A stretch of DNA of 64,000 nt, from positions 26,816 through 90,815 of the forward strand of contig CDMY01000383.1 of assembly GCA_001179505.1 (NCBI GenBank), read 5' to 3'. The position numbers and the translations under genes are program-made. Below are positions 26,049 to 41,900 of this stretch, in pieces. The notes beneath the pieces were generated by a model. The model saw only the letters and a program-made list of their open reading frames with translations. It was not told the DNA's origin and searched no databases. Numbering within the stretch: the first letter of the stretch is position 1; each line of letters begins with the position of its first letter. The DNA is from Vitrella brassicaformis CCMP3155. Lineage: Eukaryota; Protista; Chromerida.

Positions 26049-27310
26049 GTGGATGGGTGGGATCCTCTGCCTGGTGTGTGTCGTTTTGCTGGTGTACATA
26101 GTCCTTTTCTGCTGATACGATTTCATGCATCGTCTGGAAGGGAAGAGAAGTCAACTGCTGACACTGACTGGAGGATTTGAGTTTCATGTCCGTGTGAGGT
26201 ACCTCGGATGGGAGGCCACGGGGCTGTTCGTGAAGTCGTTTGGCACGTCTGATGCTCTCTCTGACAGCAGAAGGGGTCATCACCCGTGTGAGGCGGATTC
26301 AAAAGCAGCCCAGTGGCGTCCTCGTATAGCGCGATGTATGGCTGGAGTGCAATAGGAGAGTCGATGAACAGTGATTGCTGTTGGCTGCGGGGGGGCTGGT
26401 TTTGCACTCCTCAGTGTCGGTCATCTCTCTGCATCTGAGGGAGATGGCCATAGCTGACTGGTGCAGGGCCTGACCACCCACCCACAGTCAGACAGGCGTC
26501 AAGAGGTCTATGTAACTACATGGACGCGATTGTTGACACTGGCTATTGACGTGATGAGTCAGTCAACAATGCTGGATGGATTGGATTACTCACATGTATG
26601 TGCTGAATGCATTCATGTCTTTCCATACATCAGTTCACTACAGTCCATATATAGGTACACGCACATGACATCAACAAGGCAGGCAGCTCTCCGTCCTCCG
26701 AGCAGCGGCGGCACCCACCCTCCCTCCCTCCGTCCCTCCGCTGCGTGCGAAGTGCTGTGTGTTCTGTCTCACTCACCTTCTTTTGGCACAGTGCATCTCG
26801 GTGTTTGGTTCCTCTGTGACGGCTCCCCTGTTGTTGCTCTCATGCTGCATTTGGTCGGGGGCTGGGTCACGCCGCCACGCCACTCGTTCCTGCACACAGA
26901 GAAACACACTTAGCGTCCGTGCTTTGCAGTTGGTGCTTTGTCTGTGCTGGCTGACGACTCACTGACCGAGGGATGCACCGCAAGGCAGCCCGTTGACGAG
27001 TCGTCCCCGTCGTCGGGTGGCTGGGCGGCCGAGGCCCAGCCACGTCCATCCCGCCTCTGAGCTACCCTTGTAGACGGGCTGGTTGCAACACCGCTCAACT
27101 CAGGACGTGGGCCTGTCCCCACCGGTGTGCTCCGTAGCGCACGCGGCGTTGCAGGCAGCGGTTGCAACCGCAAACAACCGCTGGGCTATGCTGGCCGTGA
27201 CGCTGGCCAATCGTTCCCTGGGCGCGCTTGAAGGTCTCTCGTCTGTCTGTCTTTCAAATCCGTTCGTCCGTCTGTCTGCCTGTCTGTCTGCAGTGTGTGT
27301 GTGTGTGTGC

Positions 27311-27401
27311 GTGCAGACAAACCATTCAGCGCATTCCATCCATTCAACACGTTGACTCAATCGTCAACACATCAGTGTCTTCTAATGTCTGTCTGTCGGT
27401 G
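27311..27401. repeat. Dispersed 91-bp element, copy 1 (copy 2 at 31010-31100)
   Basis: Ungapped alignment with 8 mismatches in 91 bp; central GTTGAC-N6-GTCAAC inverted repeat. Confidence 0.93.
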
Positions 27402-27823
27402 AGTGTGGCGGCACACTGGGTCAGGCAGAAGGCTGGCTTTCCGCCCTCTGAGCACAGGACGGCGGGACATCCAGCTTTCCGGGCTGGTAGGGAGGCGCGA
27501 TTGGCCTCGCTAAGGCTGACAGACAGACAGACAGACACAAACATGCAGACCGTAGCCACTTGGCGCTGCTGCCATCAACCACACTGACCTCTCACTCACA
27601 CGGACCTTGCAACCAACCATCCACCCACCCACCCACCCACCCATCCACTCACTCACACACATATGCACTCTCTCTCACACACACACACCGACAGACCAAA
27701 AAGAGATAGAGAGAAGGACAGAGACGGGCAAAGCTATATCAACAGACGCGTCGAGACAAGCAAATCCAGGTGAGTCTTCACACCACCACACTCGCATTCA
27801 TCCCACACCTCTCCCCTCTCACG

Positions 27824-29560
27824 TCACACGCTGGTCTCTCCCGCAAACGCCTGCTGCAGCTGCTCTCGTTTCTCCTGTTCCTCCAGCATCACCTCCTCAC
27901 GCAGAGCCGTACGCACGCTCTTGCGAAGGTACGACTGGTAGAAGTAAACGGCGATGGCGACAATGACCACCAGCATGAGCAGGACCAGCGTCACGAGCAG
28001 GATCAGCGTCACGGGACCCGCACCCACACCCTTGTTGTTCGTCACCTTGGACAGAGAGCCCTCCATCTCTCTGTGGATGCACCCATCCAGAGGCGGGCGT
28101 GTGAATGGTCTCTCTCCCTCTCTCACCTCTCTCTCTCTGCCTGTGTGTGTGTGTGTGTTCTGTGTCCTCACTTGAGTAGTGTTTTGCATGGTGCCGGTGG
28201 CTCGATGAAGCTCGAGCACACTGCCTTGGTCACCAAGTTGCGCTCAAGCATGCCGCTAAACCTGAAGCAACACAGAATCAACACCCACCGATCGGCTGCG
28301 TCCTTTCCTCTCCTGTCCGCCTTCTCACCTCCATCCGTTGATTCTGATTGCCAGCACGCTCCACGCCATGTTTTCCTTCTCCTCCTCCAGCAGCTTCAGC
28401 CCATCCGGCCCGTCAACGCAGGTCTCGAACTCGTGCATCTTCTTGGGAATCAGCCCCCGCAGGATGCGCAAGGAGCACTTCTCGCCGAATCGGTACTCGT
28501 CTGGGCTGACGCCCTTGGGCGGTCTGGCCGCGGCTTTGTCGACGATGGGGCACTCCTTGGCGAACCGGTCGATGTATTCCCAGAAGGCCTTGGAGTAGCG
28601 GCTGTCCTTGATGCCGTCGACATTCTCCTCGGCCGTCACGGAGAACAGACACAGCTGCCGGAGGTCCTCGAGCACCACATCGTGACCTGTGATGTCCCCG
28701 GGGCCGTCAGGGTCGTCGGCACAGAACTTGGCTGTCTCCTTGTCCTTGCACAGGTCGTAAAAGTCGATAGGCCGAGAGAAAATGTGGTAGTGAGGCGAGA
28801 AGCGCAAATGGCCTTTAAGGGTCTCGGCGTCCTTGGAGTAGTCCGCCAGGAATCGGGTGCCCTGCTCGTTGGCGGCGTCGGTCCAGAAGTCCACGGCCAC
28901 CACATCCTTCTGGAGGATGCTCCACGTCAGCTCGGCAAACACCGCCTGGTCGTACTTGTCCCCCCCGGCCTCCTCGGCACGCACCACAGCGTCGATCAGC
29001 CGCTGCCCGTCGGCATGGGTGAGGAGAATCGACGGGATCTTGATGTGCTTGCCCCAGCTATCGTCCGCCATGATGATGTGCTTGATGTCCTCGCGTGTGA
29101 GAGTTGAGTTCTTCGAGTCGACCACAATGACAGCATCGGCGCCCTTGTCCTCCGCCACTTCCACCTTGGTCACGAAAGAACCTTTGATAAGATGACGCAT
29201 TGACACATTGGTACACGAATGGAACCGTGCGTGTGTATGCTTACACTCGCCGCGGTCGACCAGCACGATGCGCAGCAGCTTGGGGCCTCCATCCATGTCC
29301 CAGGGTTCAGCCGCAACCAGGTTGTAGTCGGGCATACAGTGGCTCGTGGCCGAGTGGCTGTACAGCAGCTGGCCCAGCACCACCTTGCCGTCGAAGGGAG
29401 CGCCGAACGTGGCTGTCGTCCCTGGAATGACGCCATTCTCCACGCCAGTCGCTCGGATCTCCTCAACCAGGTCCTTCGGCGACAGCACGCGCACCTGTGC
29501 CGTGATGCACGAGACGTGCAAGGCTGTCACAAGCAATGCTCTCGCGCAGACGTGCCGCAT
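27824..29560 (-). CDS. Vacuolar sorting receptor (BP-80/VSR-like): signal peptide, PA domain, central domain, single TM, no EGF repeats; 4 exons
   Basis: Signal peptide MRHVCARALLVTALHVSCITA; TATFGAPFDG; IVLVDRGECSFVTKV..AEDKGADAVIVVD and IKIPSILL (PA domain); FCADDPDGPGDITGHDVVLEDLRQLC; AWSVLAIRINGWRFSGML; TM segment followed by REEVMLE tail. Confidence 0.9.
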
Positions 29561-29823
29561 GATGATGAAGTCGATGCGAACAGCTGGTTTGTTGCGTGTG
29601 CGGCTCCTGAAGCAGCCCGCGTTTCACGATGCGCCTCCTCAAGGTTGACTCCCGAGAGTAAGAGAGAGAAGAGTCTCAGAGAGCGGTTTCACGGCGCTTC
29701 GTAAATTCGAGCCGGCTCACATTTCATTCCTTTTTACCGAGGGCCTGAGTTGCCTCGCGTTTTGGTGTTGACCATGCCGACGGCGCCAGCACCTCTTTTG
29801 GTTTTTCCGTGAGCAGTAAAGGT

Positions 29824-30557
29824 ATGGGTGCGTCGGCAAGCGGCCGGCAGACAGCGGGAAGCGGTGGTGATGGTCCTTATGGCGATGGGTGGGTGCCTGC
29901 TGCACCGGCAGCACCCGGCAATACCGCTCTCTATCCATCACCTGGACAGGTAAGGATGGGAGAGATTCACTCACATCCTTGACGAGGTAAGTCGCATTCA
30001 TTCTGTGTGTGTATGTGTGTTCATGCAGTTGTTTGGCGTGCCTGACATAGCCGTTCCGATGACCCATGGCGGACAGCAGCAGGTACACTGGACAGATGCC
30101 ACCTTCGCACATCCATCGCTGTCTGTCTGTCTGTCTGTCTGTGTGTGCCATGCGGCGTGTTGCTCGCCCGGTGTTCACGATGCCGCCGCAGGCCCCTCAG
30201 CCGCCCAGCGGACACAGCCCGTCAGGTGCGGGGGCCGGTGCGTCGATGGCGGCTCCATCCGCACAGCTCAATGGCTCAGCTGCCATAGGAGAACTGAGCC
30301 GCCCCGAAATCCGGGAAATGATGGTGGATATGCTGGGCTTAGTCGGTCCCCCACCCCCACCCCCTCCCCCACCCCCACTCATGCCGCCCCCTCTGCTTTA
30401 CCCGCCTCTTCGCGGCATCGCCTTCCCACACCCGCCGATCCCCTATGGCATGCCCCTCCTGGCTCCACCGCCCAGCCCCATGCCACCCATGCCGCTCAAC
30501 ACTGCCGTCCAGCCACACCCAAACACGGACGCCACGAGGCCGCGACCGCCCGTCTGA
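29824..30557 (+). CDS. Proline-rich hypothetical protein, 3 putative exons
   Basis: MGASASGRQTAG...YPSPGQ | LFGVPDIAVPMTHGGQQQ | APQPPSG...ELSRPEIREMMVDMLGLVGPPPP... joined in frame by GT-AG introns. No recognisable domain. Confidence 0.5.
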
Positions 30558-31009
30558 TGCCCATTCGGACAGGCGGGGCCAAACACGCCAGGCCAGCCAT
30601 AGCAGCAGCACGGCAAAGGGCACTAGATGGCACACAGGGGTGCGAGGGGAGGGGCTGGGATGAGCAGGCAGGCAGGGAGAGGGAGGGGAGAGTGTGAGCG
30701 GGAGGGCTACTGCAGAGGGTGGATGGATGGGTGTGAGTGTGTTGATGTATATGTATCGGGGAGACGACTGAGTGAGTGGCTAGAGGCGAGGGATGACTGA
30801 CAGATGGCGCATGCATGCATGCATGCATGGATGGATGGATGGATGGAGCATATCTGTAGTGGATGAAGTGATTCTCTTCTTGTGTGAATTGTGCGAATAT
30901 CAAACTGACTGAAATGGCTGCGTGAATTGTGTATGGGACGCACAGCAGCCATACACCTACAGAAATGCTGTGACGCTTGACACTTTTCGGCTGATCGGGG
31001 TGTGTGTGT

Positions 31010-31100
31010 GTGCAGATAAAGCATTCAGTGTATTCCATCCATTCAATACGTTGACTCAATCGTCAACACATCAGTATCGTCCAATGTCTGTCTGTCGGTG
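31010..31100. repeat. Dispersed 91-bp element, copy 2
   Basis: Same as 27311-27401; lies about 20 nt downstream of the stop codon of the 31121-32252 gene. Confidence 0.93.
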
Positions 31101-31120
31101 CCTCTGGCATGACTGTACGT

Positions 31121-32252
31121 CTATTGTTTGTCCTCTGCTGGGTCACTTATCGTGCCTTTGCCATCAATCACACCGTTGGGCAGCGTCAGCACCTCTGATT
31201 TTTCGGGCTGCACAGGTGGAAACTGAGGCTGTGTCAGTCGGTTGCCTGCACACACGACACAACACACATATGAATGGATGGACGGATTGATGGATGGATG
31301 GATGGATTGGTGGGTGGTGATTGTGTGTCTCACCGTATAGCGAGGGAGGAGCATTCATATGGGCTTCAGTCGACTCCACTGGGCCGTCTGGCTGTTGGTG
31401 TGTGGGCGCCGCCTTAGTCTGCTTCTGTCGGAATCTCAGTGCGGGCAGGCGGCTGCGCTTCGGCTGGGGGAAGACATACTTGGACATGACTCGAGTGATG
31501 CGCGTCTGACGGCAAGACAGAGACGCATTCATTGGATGGTCGTGTGTCGATTGTGATGAATGCGTGACGGCCGACTGACCGAGATTGGATTAGGGATGGT
31601 GGCGAGGAGGGGTTCATATGCGGCGTGGACGACGTCACGGACGCGCTGCTGTGTCAGAGAAATGACGACACCGAAGAGACCACGCTGCTTCCTGTCTGTC
31701 TCACTCGTTTCTGGAGGTTGAGCAGTCGCTGCTTCTCACTCACGTAATCCTCCTCCTGACACACACACACACTCATTGATCGTGTCTCTTGTGTGTTTCT
31801 GTCTCTGGTTGATGTTCTGTGTGTGTTTGCGTACGTCGGCCCTTCGTTCTGTTTCTTCCAGCCGCAGCAATTTGTCGAGCGAGTCGAGCACATCCTGCGT
31901 GTCCTCCTGACCAACACAACTCACACACCAACACAACACAGAGAGAGAGAGAGAGAGATGCGCACGCACAATCTCCTCGTTGTGTGGTGTGGTGTCGTGT
32001 GTGTGTGACCTCAGGCGGATGAATGTTGATCTGACATGAACACACGACAGACACACACAACAATCGAGGTATGTGAGTCGTGTGTGTCTCGCTTGCGTGT
32101 GCACATACGGCGAAGTCAGACGAGCCAATGACTTCTTGACGGATGGCCTCGCGGCTCGCCGGACCAGCAAAGGGCAAGGCCGCATGAGACACACGAAGGA
32201 GGACGGTGGCAAGCACAAACAACGACAGCGCATGACTGCGGCCACCCAGCAT
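31121..32252 (-). CDS. Secreted (signal peptide) acidic coiled-coil hypothetical protein, 7 short exons
   Basis: Six frame-preserving GT-AG introns join MLGGRSHALSLFVLATVLLRVSHAALPF...SDFA | INIHPPE | EDTQDVLDSLDKLLRLEETERRAD | EEDYVSEKQRLLNLQKR | QRVRDVVHAAYEPLLATIPNPIS | TRITRV... | ...PAEDKQ*. Confidence 0.7.
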
Positions 32253-32583
32253 CACGGCAATCGATGAATGTGAGTGAGTGTGCGTCTCCCTCGCTCGATC
32301 GGTGTACATATGGTGGCACGCTTGATCGACTTTGTACACGTATGTTTTGTTGTGGTAATTAAGGTCTCTTCATTCCTTTCTCTGCGTCCACTCCCATTCA
32401 CTGCACTACTGTACCGCTGTCTGTCTGTGTTTTGGACGGCCCATGATTGCCAGTTGCGATGCCTCTCAGATGGGACATCACAAACGGCTACAATGGGCCA
32501 ATCCAACACAGAAAGTCATCAGCAGCGAGACCGGATGGGATCAACAAGTCTGGCTTATGTAAAGAACGCCAGCGTCGACATCG

Positions 32584-35500
32584 TCACCATGCATCGCTCG
32601 CATCCCTGTTCTTTCTCTCATCTCTCACGATGATGCCTTCCTTCCTTCCCACAGCTTTGCTGTCCCAATACGTACACAGTCTCACATATAACCCCGCGCC
32701 GAAAATGGTGAGGCGCATTGTCCATGCTGTGCGTAAGCGGCCTCTGTTTCTGTCGTTGGCATCCCGGCCCGAGAAGGTGTCACTCCGTTCCGGATCGAGA
32801 AAGGCGTGACAACTTCTCGTCCTCAAGGCCGACGACGGAAACAATGACGGCCACACAGCAGCATCTCTCGCAGAACTCAGCGATTCGATAAAGTGTTCAA
32901 TCGTAGAGGTCAAAATGCTAAAAGGGAAGGAAGATGAATACACTCACCACACACTTGCACCACAGGCACCACAGACAGGCAGGCAGCTCGATAAAGGAGA
33001 TATGGGGGAAAGAGAGGCAGGCAGGCAGGCAGGCAGGGAGGCACACACCCAGCCTCACACACGCAAAGTGGATGCCAGCGGATCGACGAAAGAACACAGC
33101 TGCAATCACACACTGGCTGGCTGCTACAGAGACCCCACTTACACACAGTAAACCTATCAACCCATGCTCGCGGTCCCCCACTTACACATACTCACCACGC
33201 CCCTACACGCTCACAGCGAGTCTCGCCACCGTCCTCACGTCCTCGAGCACCACGCCCACGCCCCTCTCTCGCGACCGCAGCTCTACTGCAGGCACCTCGC
33301 CACCCACCCACGGAGTCACATCCCACAGGAAGGCCATGATCGCCGCATCGCTCAGCCCGCACACATTCAGGGGCACCGGCACCGAGCAGAAGAACGCCGG
33401 GGAGAAGCTGCCAGAAGCAACACCCAGCTCGTGCAGGAGGGGAGGGAAGGGAGGGGGCATCGACGGGGGCCACAACACATTCGGGTGGAAAGGGGGCGGT
33501 CGCCGCTCGTTGCGCATCTGGAGTGCGTCTGCGGGCAGTGAGGGGTCGCATCTTGGGGACGAGAGCGCTGGCTGCGGGTGGGGCGGCGACGACAGCAGGA
33601 GAGGATAGTTGTTGCGATGCGGATGGGCCTCCGTCAGCACGGGCGTGACAGGACACTCGGTATCCGAGGACGGGTTGGCCCTGTTGCCGCCACTGCCGTC
33701 ATCATCAGACGCACTAGAGGACCCCGGTCGTCCTGAACCGACCACACCGTCCACCCCCTCACCGTTACAGCCGTTCGGCTCGCGCTGATGGTCATCGCCG
33801 TCCTCACTCGGCACGTGAACAGTCTCGGACGCTCCATCCACCGATGAAGGACACGACGGCAATGCGTTGTCGTTGTCGGCATCCACCCTTCCTCCATCTG
33901 CGGTGGGGACGTCGTTCTCTGCCGGCTCGCACGACTCGCGAGGGGACGATCCGGTCCCATGATGATGATGCTGAGTGGCGGGGCGATGGATAGACGCCCC
34001 GATAGATGGGACAGATCCGCCGCTGAAAGTCTCGTTGTTGTCAGCTGACAGATTGGGGCTCTTCTTGGCCGCAGCGGTTGCCTCCCTTTGGTCGGTCTTG
34101 CTGCCCTCCCTGTTGGCGTGTGTGTCTTGTTCCAGGGATTGCTGGTCCTCAGCAGCACGCTTCTCACCAGCCGCAGCGCCCCTGATCTCGGTGCGAGGGC
34201 TGATGGCGTTGAGAGCGAGAGGGGGCAGTGTCAGCTCCACAATCGCGGGTCTCTCGTTCTCGGCCGTTCCCTGCCGTGTATGCGCATGGCCGGCACTGCG
34301 TGCAGGACTTCTCCTGTCGCCATGGCCTTGGTCGAGACCAGCGGTGTCGCGAGGAGGGGCAGGTGTTGCGCTGCGTCTCGGAAGGGCCGGTGGAGTCGTG
34401 AAGGTATCGGGTGAGCGAGGGGTGTGGTGGCCAGATGCTCGCAATTGACGCAGCTGGGAGGTCAACAAGAGCACCTGTATGCTGTGAGCTGCACGCATGT
34501 AAACCACACGCACCAAAAATGCAGGACAGATGGATATTGACTGGTGGCTGTATGAGTCGGCGCACCTTGCACAGCGTCTTCCGCAACCCTCATAGCGGCA
34601 TGGTGATGCCTCTCCTCGATCACTGATTGTCACAATCACATCAACAACACGCACTAGATCCGTCACCATGCAGCCCACTTTCCCTCTCCACCCCTCCCCG
34701 CCTACATTTGCCCTCCTTCAGCAGCCGAGCCAGGATGCATCCACGCATCAGCGCCTTCCGCCACCGACTCGCCTCTCGCTGCGATGGGGCGAAGAAGGCA
34801 AACTTGGGGCTCTCGGCACGTCTGAAGGCATCGATGATCCGCAGATCTTGGTCATCCTCTTCCCCGCTGTGGTGACTGGATGTCAGGGAGGGCGCGTGGG
34901 AAGGTGCGCATGAGTGTCCGGTGCTGTGGAGGGAGTCGCCATTCTCCTCGTCAATGTCAGCTGTCGAGGGGAGGGTGATACCCTCGGGTACGTCAAACAC
35001 CAGCACACAGTTTGGGTAACCTGCGCACAGTGAAAACCCGGATCAGCGGATGTGAGTATCCCCTGTGAGCTGTCTGCCTGCCTGCCTGCCTGCCTTGAGT
35101 ACCGTGGAAGCGCTTTGGACAGCATGCAGTAGACGATGTACTCAATATCTTGTATCCGCGAGGCTGGGTGAGGTAGCCTCGTGTGAAGTACAGTAGTACC
35201 GTGTTGCACAAGATCACGTGCCGCTCAACCCACGCATCTGCAAGGCAGGACACACACGTATGCGTTTCCTGCAGCCTCTTGTGCGTGTGTTTCTCATGCT
35301 CACAGGGACGATTGTTGCCTCTCTTGATCAGGGTGCCTGTGAGGTAGACGTCGTACACAGGCCAGTCGACTTCCATCGACACGAACATGCGCGACGGCTC
35401 CTCGCCATCGCCATCGCCATCGCCATCTGCCATGGGGGAAGAGGGGGAAGTGGGGGAGATCTGCGTCCGAGCTGTGGGGGCAGAAGCCGAGACGCCGCAG

Positions 35501-35721
35501 AAGCCTTCGAATCTGATCTGCCGGGTGAAGCTGCCCGAAAATTCCTCTCCAAATGGCGCCACCCAACGAGGAGGAGCGTGCAGACAGACACGACCACCAC
35601 CACCACCATCACCACCACCATCACCATCACCATAAAGGCCAGCGGCGGTCGGAGCCACACAGGGGCAAGGCCAAGGCGAGACCAAAGGTGGAAGGAAGAC
35701 GCGCGTGGGAGCCGCTGACAT
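32584..35721 (-). CDS. PH-domain-containing protein with long low-complexity middle; 3' exons tentative
   Basis: YLTGTLIKRGNNRP..AWVERHVILCNTVLLYF (PH beta1-beta3) and KFAFFAPSQREASRWRKALMRG (PH C-terminal helix with conserved W). Long ORFs 33203-34678 and 32584-32943 continue on the same strand. Confidence 0.65.
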
Positions 35722-35821
35722 CTCTTCTCTGTTTGTGGATGTCAGTACTTTTCACTCTGCACGTGCTGCGCGGCAGAGCGCGACAAACTGGTCGGGAGGA
35801 AGAGAGAAGAACTGCATTGCA

Positions 35822-38367
<2,546 letters not shown>

Positions 38368-38938
38368 CCAGACCGGCCACCCACCCAGCTTTGGTAGGGT
38401 AGACGTATGTTCGTATCCGGCCGCAGCCGCTGTCCTCCATGTAGAGTGCCGTGTGTGCACCGTCGATTGGTGTGGGTGTGTGTCTCGTAGAGAAGATCGC
38501 TTTGCATCCCAGTACTGGAGGGGGGGGATCTCAGCACTGGAGGGGGGGAGGGATGGTGCATATGTGTGTGTGTGTGTGTGAGGTGTATTCATGCACTGCC
38601 GACATTGCATGTCATGTGTTGAATGAATTCACCCGTACACACCGTGCATGTATTTGTCCCGATCACGGTGCAGTCCGTTGCCGGGCGGCATAGAGGAGGA
38701 GGCTGAATGACGTGCCAGTGCACTTGCCAGTCGCTGACACGTCTTCGCACCACCCCGGCCATGCATCCAGGCAACGTACACACCGAGAATCCCAAGACAC
38801 CACGACACGCCCTCTCACTCAGATCTCAAAACCGCATCTGTCTCATCCAAGCAAAAAGGGTGTGCCACACCCACGAGGTCTTTTCTTTCACACCCGCACA
38901 CCGACCGAACAGCACCAAGCATCACCTTCCTCCGTTCA

Positions 38939-41900
38939 TCAACCATCCACTGGCTGATTATCCTTCCTTCTCTTCTTGCTCTTGGGCTTCGCCATCTGCC
39001 CATCGTCGTCTTCATCCCCCTCATCTGGCTTGTCCTTGATGGCGGCTGGGGCGGCCACGCCGTCCCCCTCCTCTCTCTTGACAGCCAGCAGGTCCAGCAG
39101 CTGCTTGTTCTGCCCCGCCAGTCGCTGCACCAGCTTGACGGCGTTCCGAGCCGCCGTCTGGTGCCGGCCGCCGCCGCCCTCCTTCTTGCCCCCCTCCTCC
39201 TTGGACAGCTCCTGCAGCTGAGCGCTCTGTGAGAGGAACGCGTCACGGGCCGTGTGGAGGTCAGCAGACACGTCGTCGGTCGGGGGCGTGACGAGGGCGA
39301 AGAGGGCTTTCCTGAGGGCCTCGAGGACGGTCTTCTTGTAGCTGGCACGCTGCAGCGCCGATGCGAACTCCTTCGCGCCGTCCTGCTGCTGCGTCAGCTG
39401 CAGGCACTTGAGGCACGACTCGAGCAGCGCCATCATCAGCTCAACGGCATGGGCGGTCTTGCCCTGCTGTGCGAGCATCGCCATGTGAGCCTTGACGAAC
39501 ATGTCCCCCTGGATGGCGATGCACTCCCGCTGCAGGAACACCGACCGTGCGGATGTGGCCACGGCGGCGAAGGGCACCTCGGCGCACCAGAGAGGGTGGC
39601 GCGTCATAAAGAAGCGGAAGAAGGATGACGTAAGGTGGCAGCTCTTCTTGGTCGTCCACTGCGTCAGGGCGGCCGTCAGGGTGTCGCGAGCACACGCATC
39701 AGGCGATGCAGACAGCCGAAAGACGAGGGCGAGCAGGGCGGCACCGAGGGCGCTGTACATGACTTGGGCTTTGTCGGGGACCTTCCTGCTGCACAGCTCC
39801 ACCAGCGCCTCACAGTGCCCCTTCACATACGCCTCGTCGACTGCTGTCATCTCGCCACCATCGGCCGCTCTGAACTCCTTCCGCCTGACGAAGGCCTCGA
39901 TGGTCGACCCCAGCTTGCGCGCGAAGTCCCTCACGAGCGCTGGCAGGCCCTTTACCCCACCCAGCTGCCGGGAGGCGCTCAATGACAGCGTCTCTCGATG
40001 GACGCCGAAGAGAGCAATGGCCGTGTCCATAGCCGTGGTGAGCCGGTCGGCAGTGTCGAGAGGGGCGTGTAGGAGGTAGGCCTGCAGTGCGTCGAGGGCT
40101 CGGATACGGACGTGGAGGTTGTCATGCAAGGCCTTGAGGCGCTGCTTCCTCTTGGTCTCCTTCTTGGCCTCCTCGTCGATAGCGGCCTTCTGCGCGGCCA
40201 CTGCCGATGCGGGTGGGAGGTGCTCGAGCTCCAGGTCGCCTGCAAAGGCAGCGAAGGCCGCTGCTGCATCGAGGCTGATGTCCTCCTCTCCCTCTCCTTG
40301 CTCCTGCTCTTGCTCCTCTTCTTGCTCGCCATCGCGCTCGTCTTCGTTTTCTTCTTCACCTTCGTCATGATTGTCGCCATTCATGACCACGTCGGCCTCT
40401 TCTGCCTCGTTCTCCTCTCCGTCTCCCTCACCCTCCGTCATGGCGACCATGGGGTGCTCGCCCGTGACCACCTGCAGCATCTGCCTCACGGTGGCGTCCG
40501 ATGCCTGTGGCCCCACCGCAGCCCACATCTGGTCCACCACCTGCCGTACCATGCCCTCAGACGCACCCCCGCCCTCCAGTAGCACCGACGGGGGCAACGC
40601 ATCGGCCACTCGTGTCGCCCAGGATGCTGCTGATGGCTTGCTGTCCTTGGGCACGGCCGAGAGGAGGGCTTTGCGGAGGGTGGTGACGTGTGTGAGGAAA
40701 TTGGCCATGTCCTCCTGGAAGGCCGCCGTGTCGGCTGCGGAGGGGGGCGCGAGAGGGAGGATGGGGGAGTGGGCGTCCTTCTTGGCTCGCTTGGAAGGAC
40801 GCTCGGCCTCATCGGCGCCTGAACATTACAAAAAGAGAAAATAAATGCATTGCCGCCTTGACGAGTGGGTGGTCTGCTTGCCTTCATGTATCTGGGCGGC
40901 CGGCCTGCGCTCGCTGAAGTCCAGCGCCGCCAACAGAGGGTACATGGCCAGCGCACTCACACCCACTGCACACGCCATGATGCCGCCAGCGTCACCCCCC
41001 TCCTCCTTCGACAGCTTGACCGCCCGTTTGGCCACTTTGATCGCCGTGTCGGCCGCCTCCACACACGTGCCGATCACCGCGCTGTCCAGCACACCGCGGG
41101 CACATATCCGCATGGTCGTCACCACGTCACGCATCTCTCCCGTGTCCTTCTTTTTCTTCTGCTGCCGACAGGCGATGGTGTTCTCGCCCTCAGCCATCCT
41201 GGCTGCCGCCTTGAGCAGCGCCGCCAGAGTCCTGACAGTCTCGAGGGCGGCCTTGGCAAGCTCGCCTTGGTCAGTGCCCCCCTTCTTGTGGATTTGTTTG
41301 CATAAGATGCGGCCGGTCTCGCCGATGACGCCCGCCAGCTTGCCGTTGAGAAAGTGGATCAGCGGCTCATGCGTTGGCGTGTCGTGCCCGATGGACAGCA
41401 GGGGCACCAATGGCGTCTCCTGTCCGTCAAGGTCACCCTCCTCCCCTTGCAGGCCGTCGTATGTGAGGGTCAGTGGGGTGCCGGCCGTGCCGGTGACCAG
41501 GTGGGCGGGGGCAAAGAGAAAGAGCGAGACGGTGCGCAGCAGATAGGCATCGACTGAGGCTGCTGCAGATGAAGGGTTTGATGCATCAGCGGCTGTGGCT
41601 GTAGTGGTGTGCGGCAGGTGCACCAGCCGGTCGACGAAGAAGCGCACTTGACGGGCAACCTCGTTCTGACACAGAACGGAGGGAGAACACGCGACTGATT
41701 TGTTCAAACCGCCTTTGTCTTCGTTGGATCATGCTTACGTCCACGTGAGTGACGGCGAGTTGCTTGAAGGCCCTCTCTGCGAATGCCCGCCGGTCCCCTT
41801 CATCCAACGGCGCAAGAAACATGCGATGGAGCCTAAACACACAGACGGGAGGGCAATCATCATTTCGATCCTGCTGCCATGGGCATCAGTGCTCACCTTG

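Noticed and set aside
26529-26570. 9-bp inverted repeat ATTGTTGAC...GTCAACAAT resembling the 91-bp element core
   Set aside because: Too short, and flank similarity is too weak to call a third copy by eye.
26950-27280. Ala-rich ORF fragment on the minus strand (RERLASVTASIAQRLFAVATAACNAA)
   Set aside because: There is no start or consistent exon chain and it is interrupted by stops; at most a decayed fragment.
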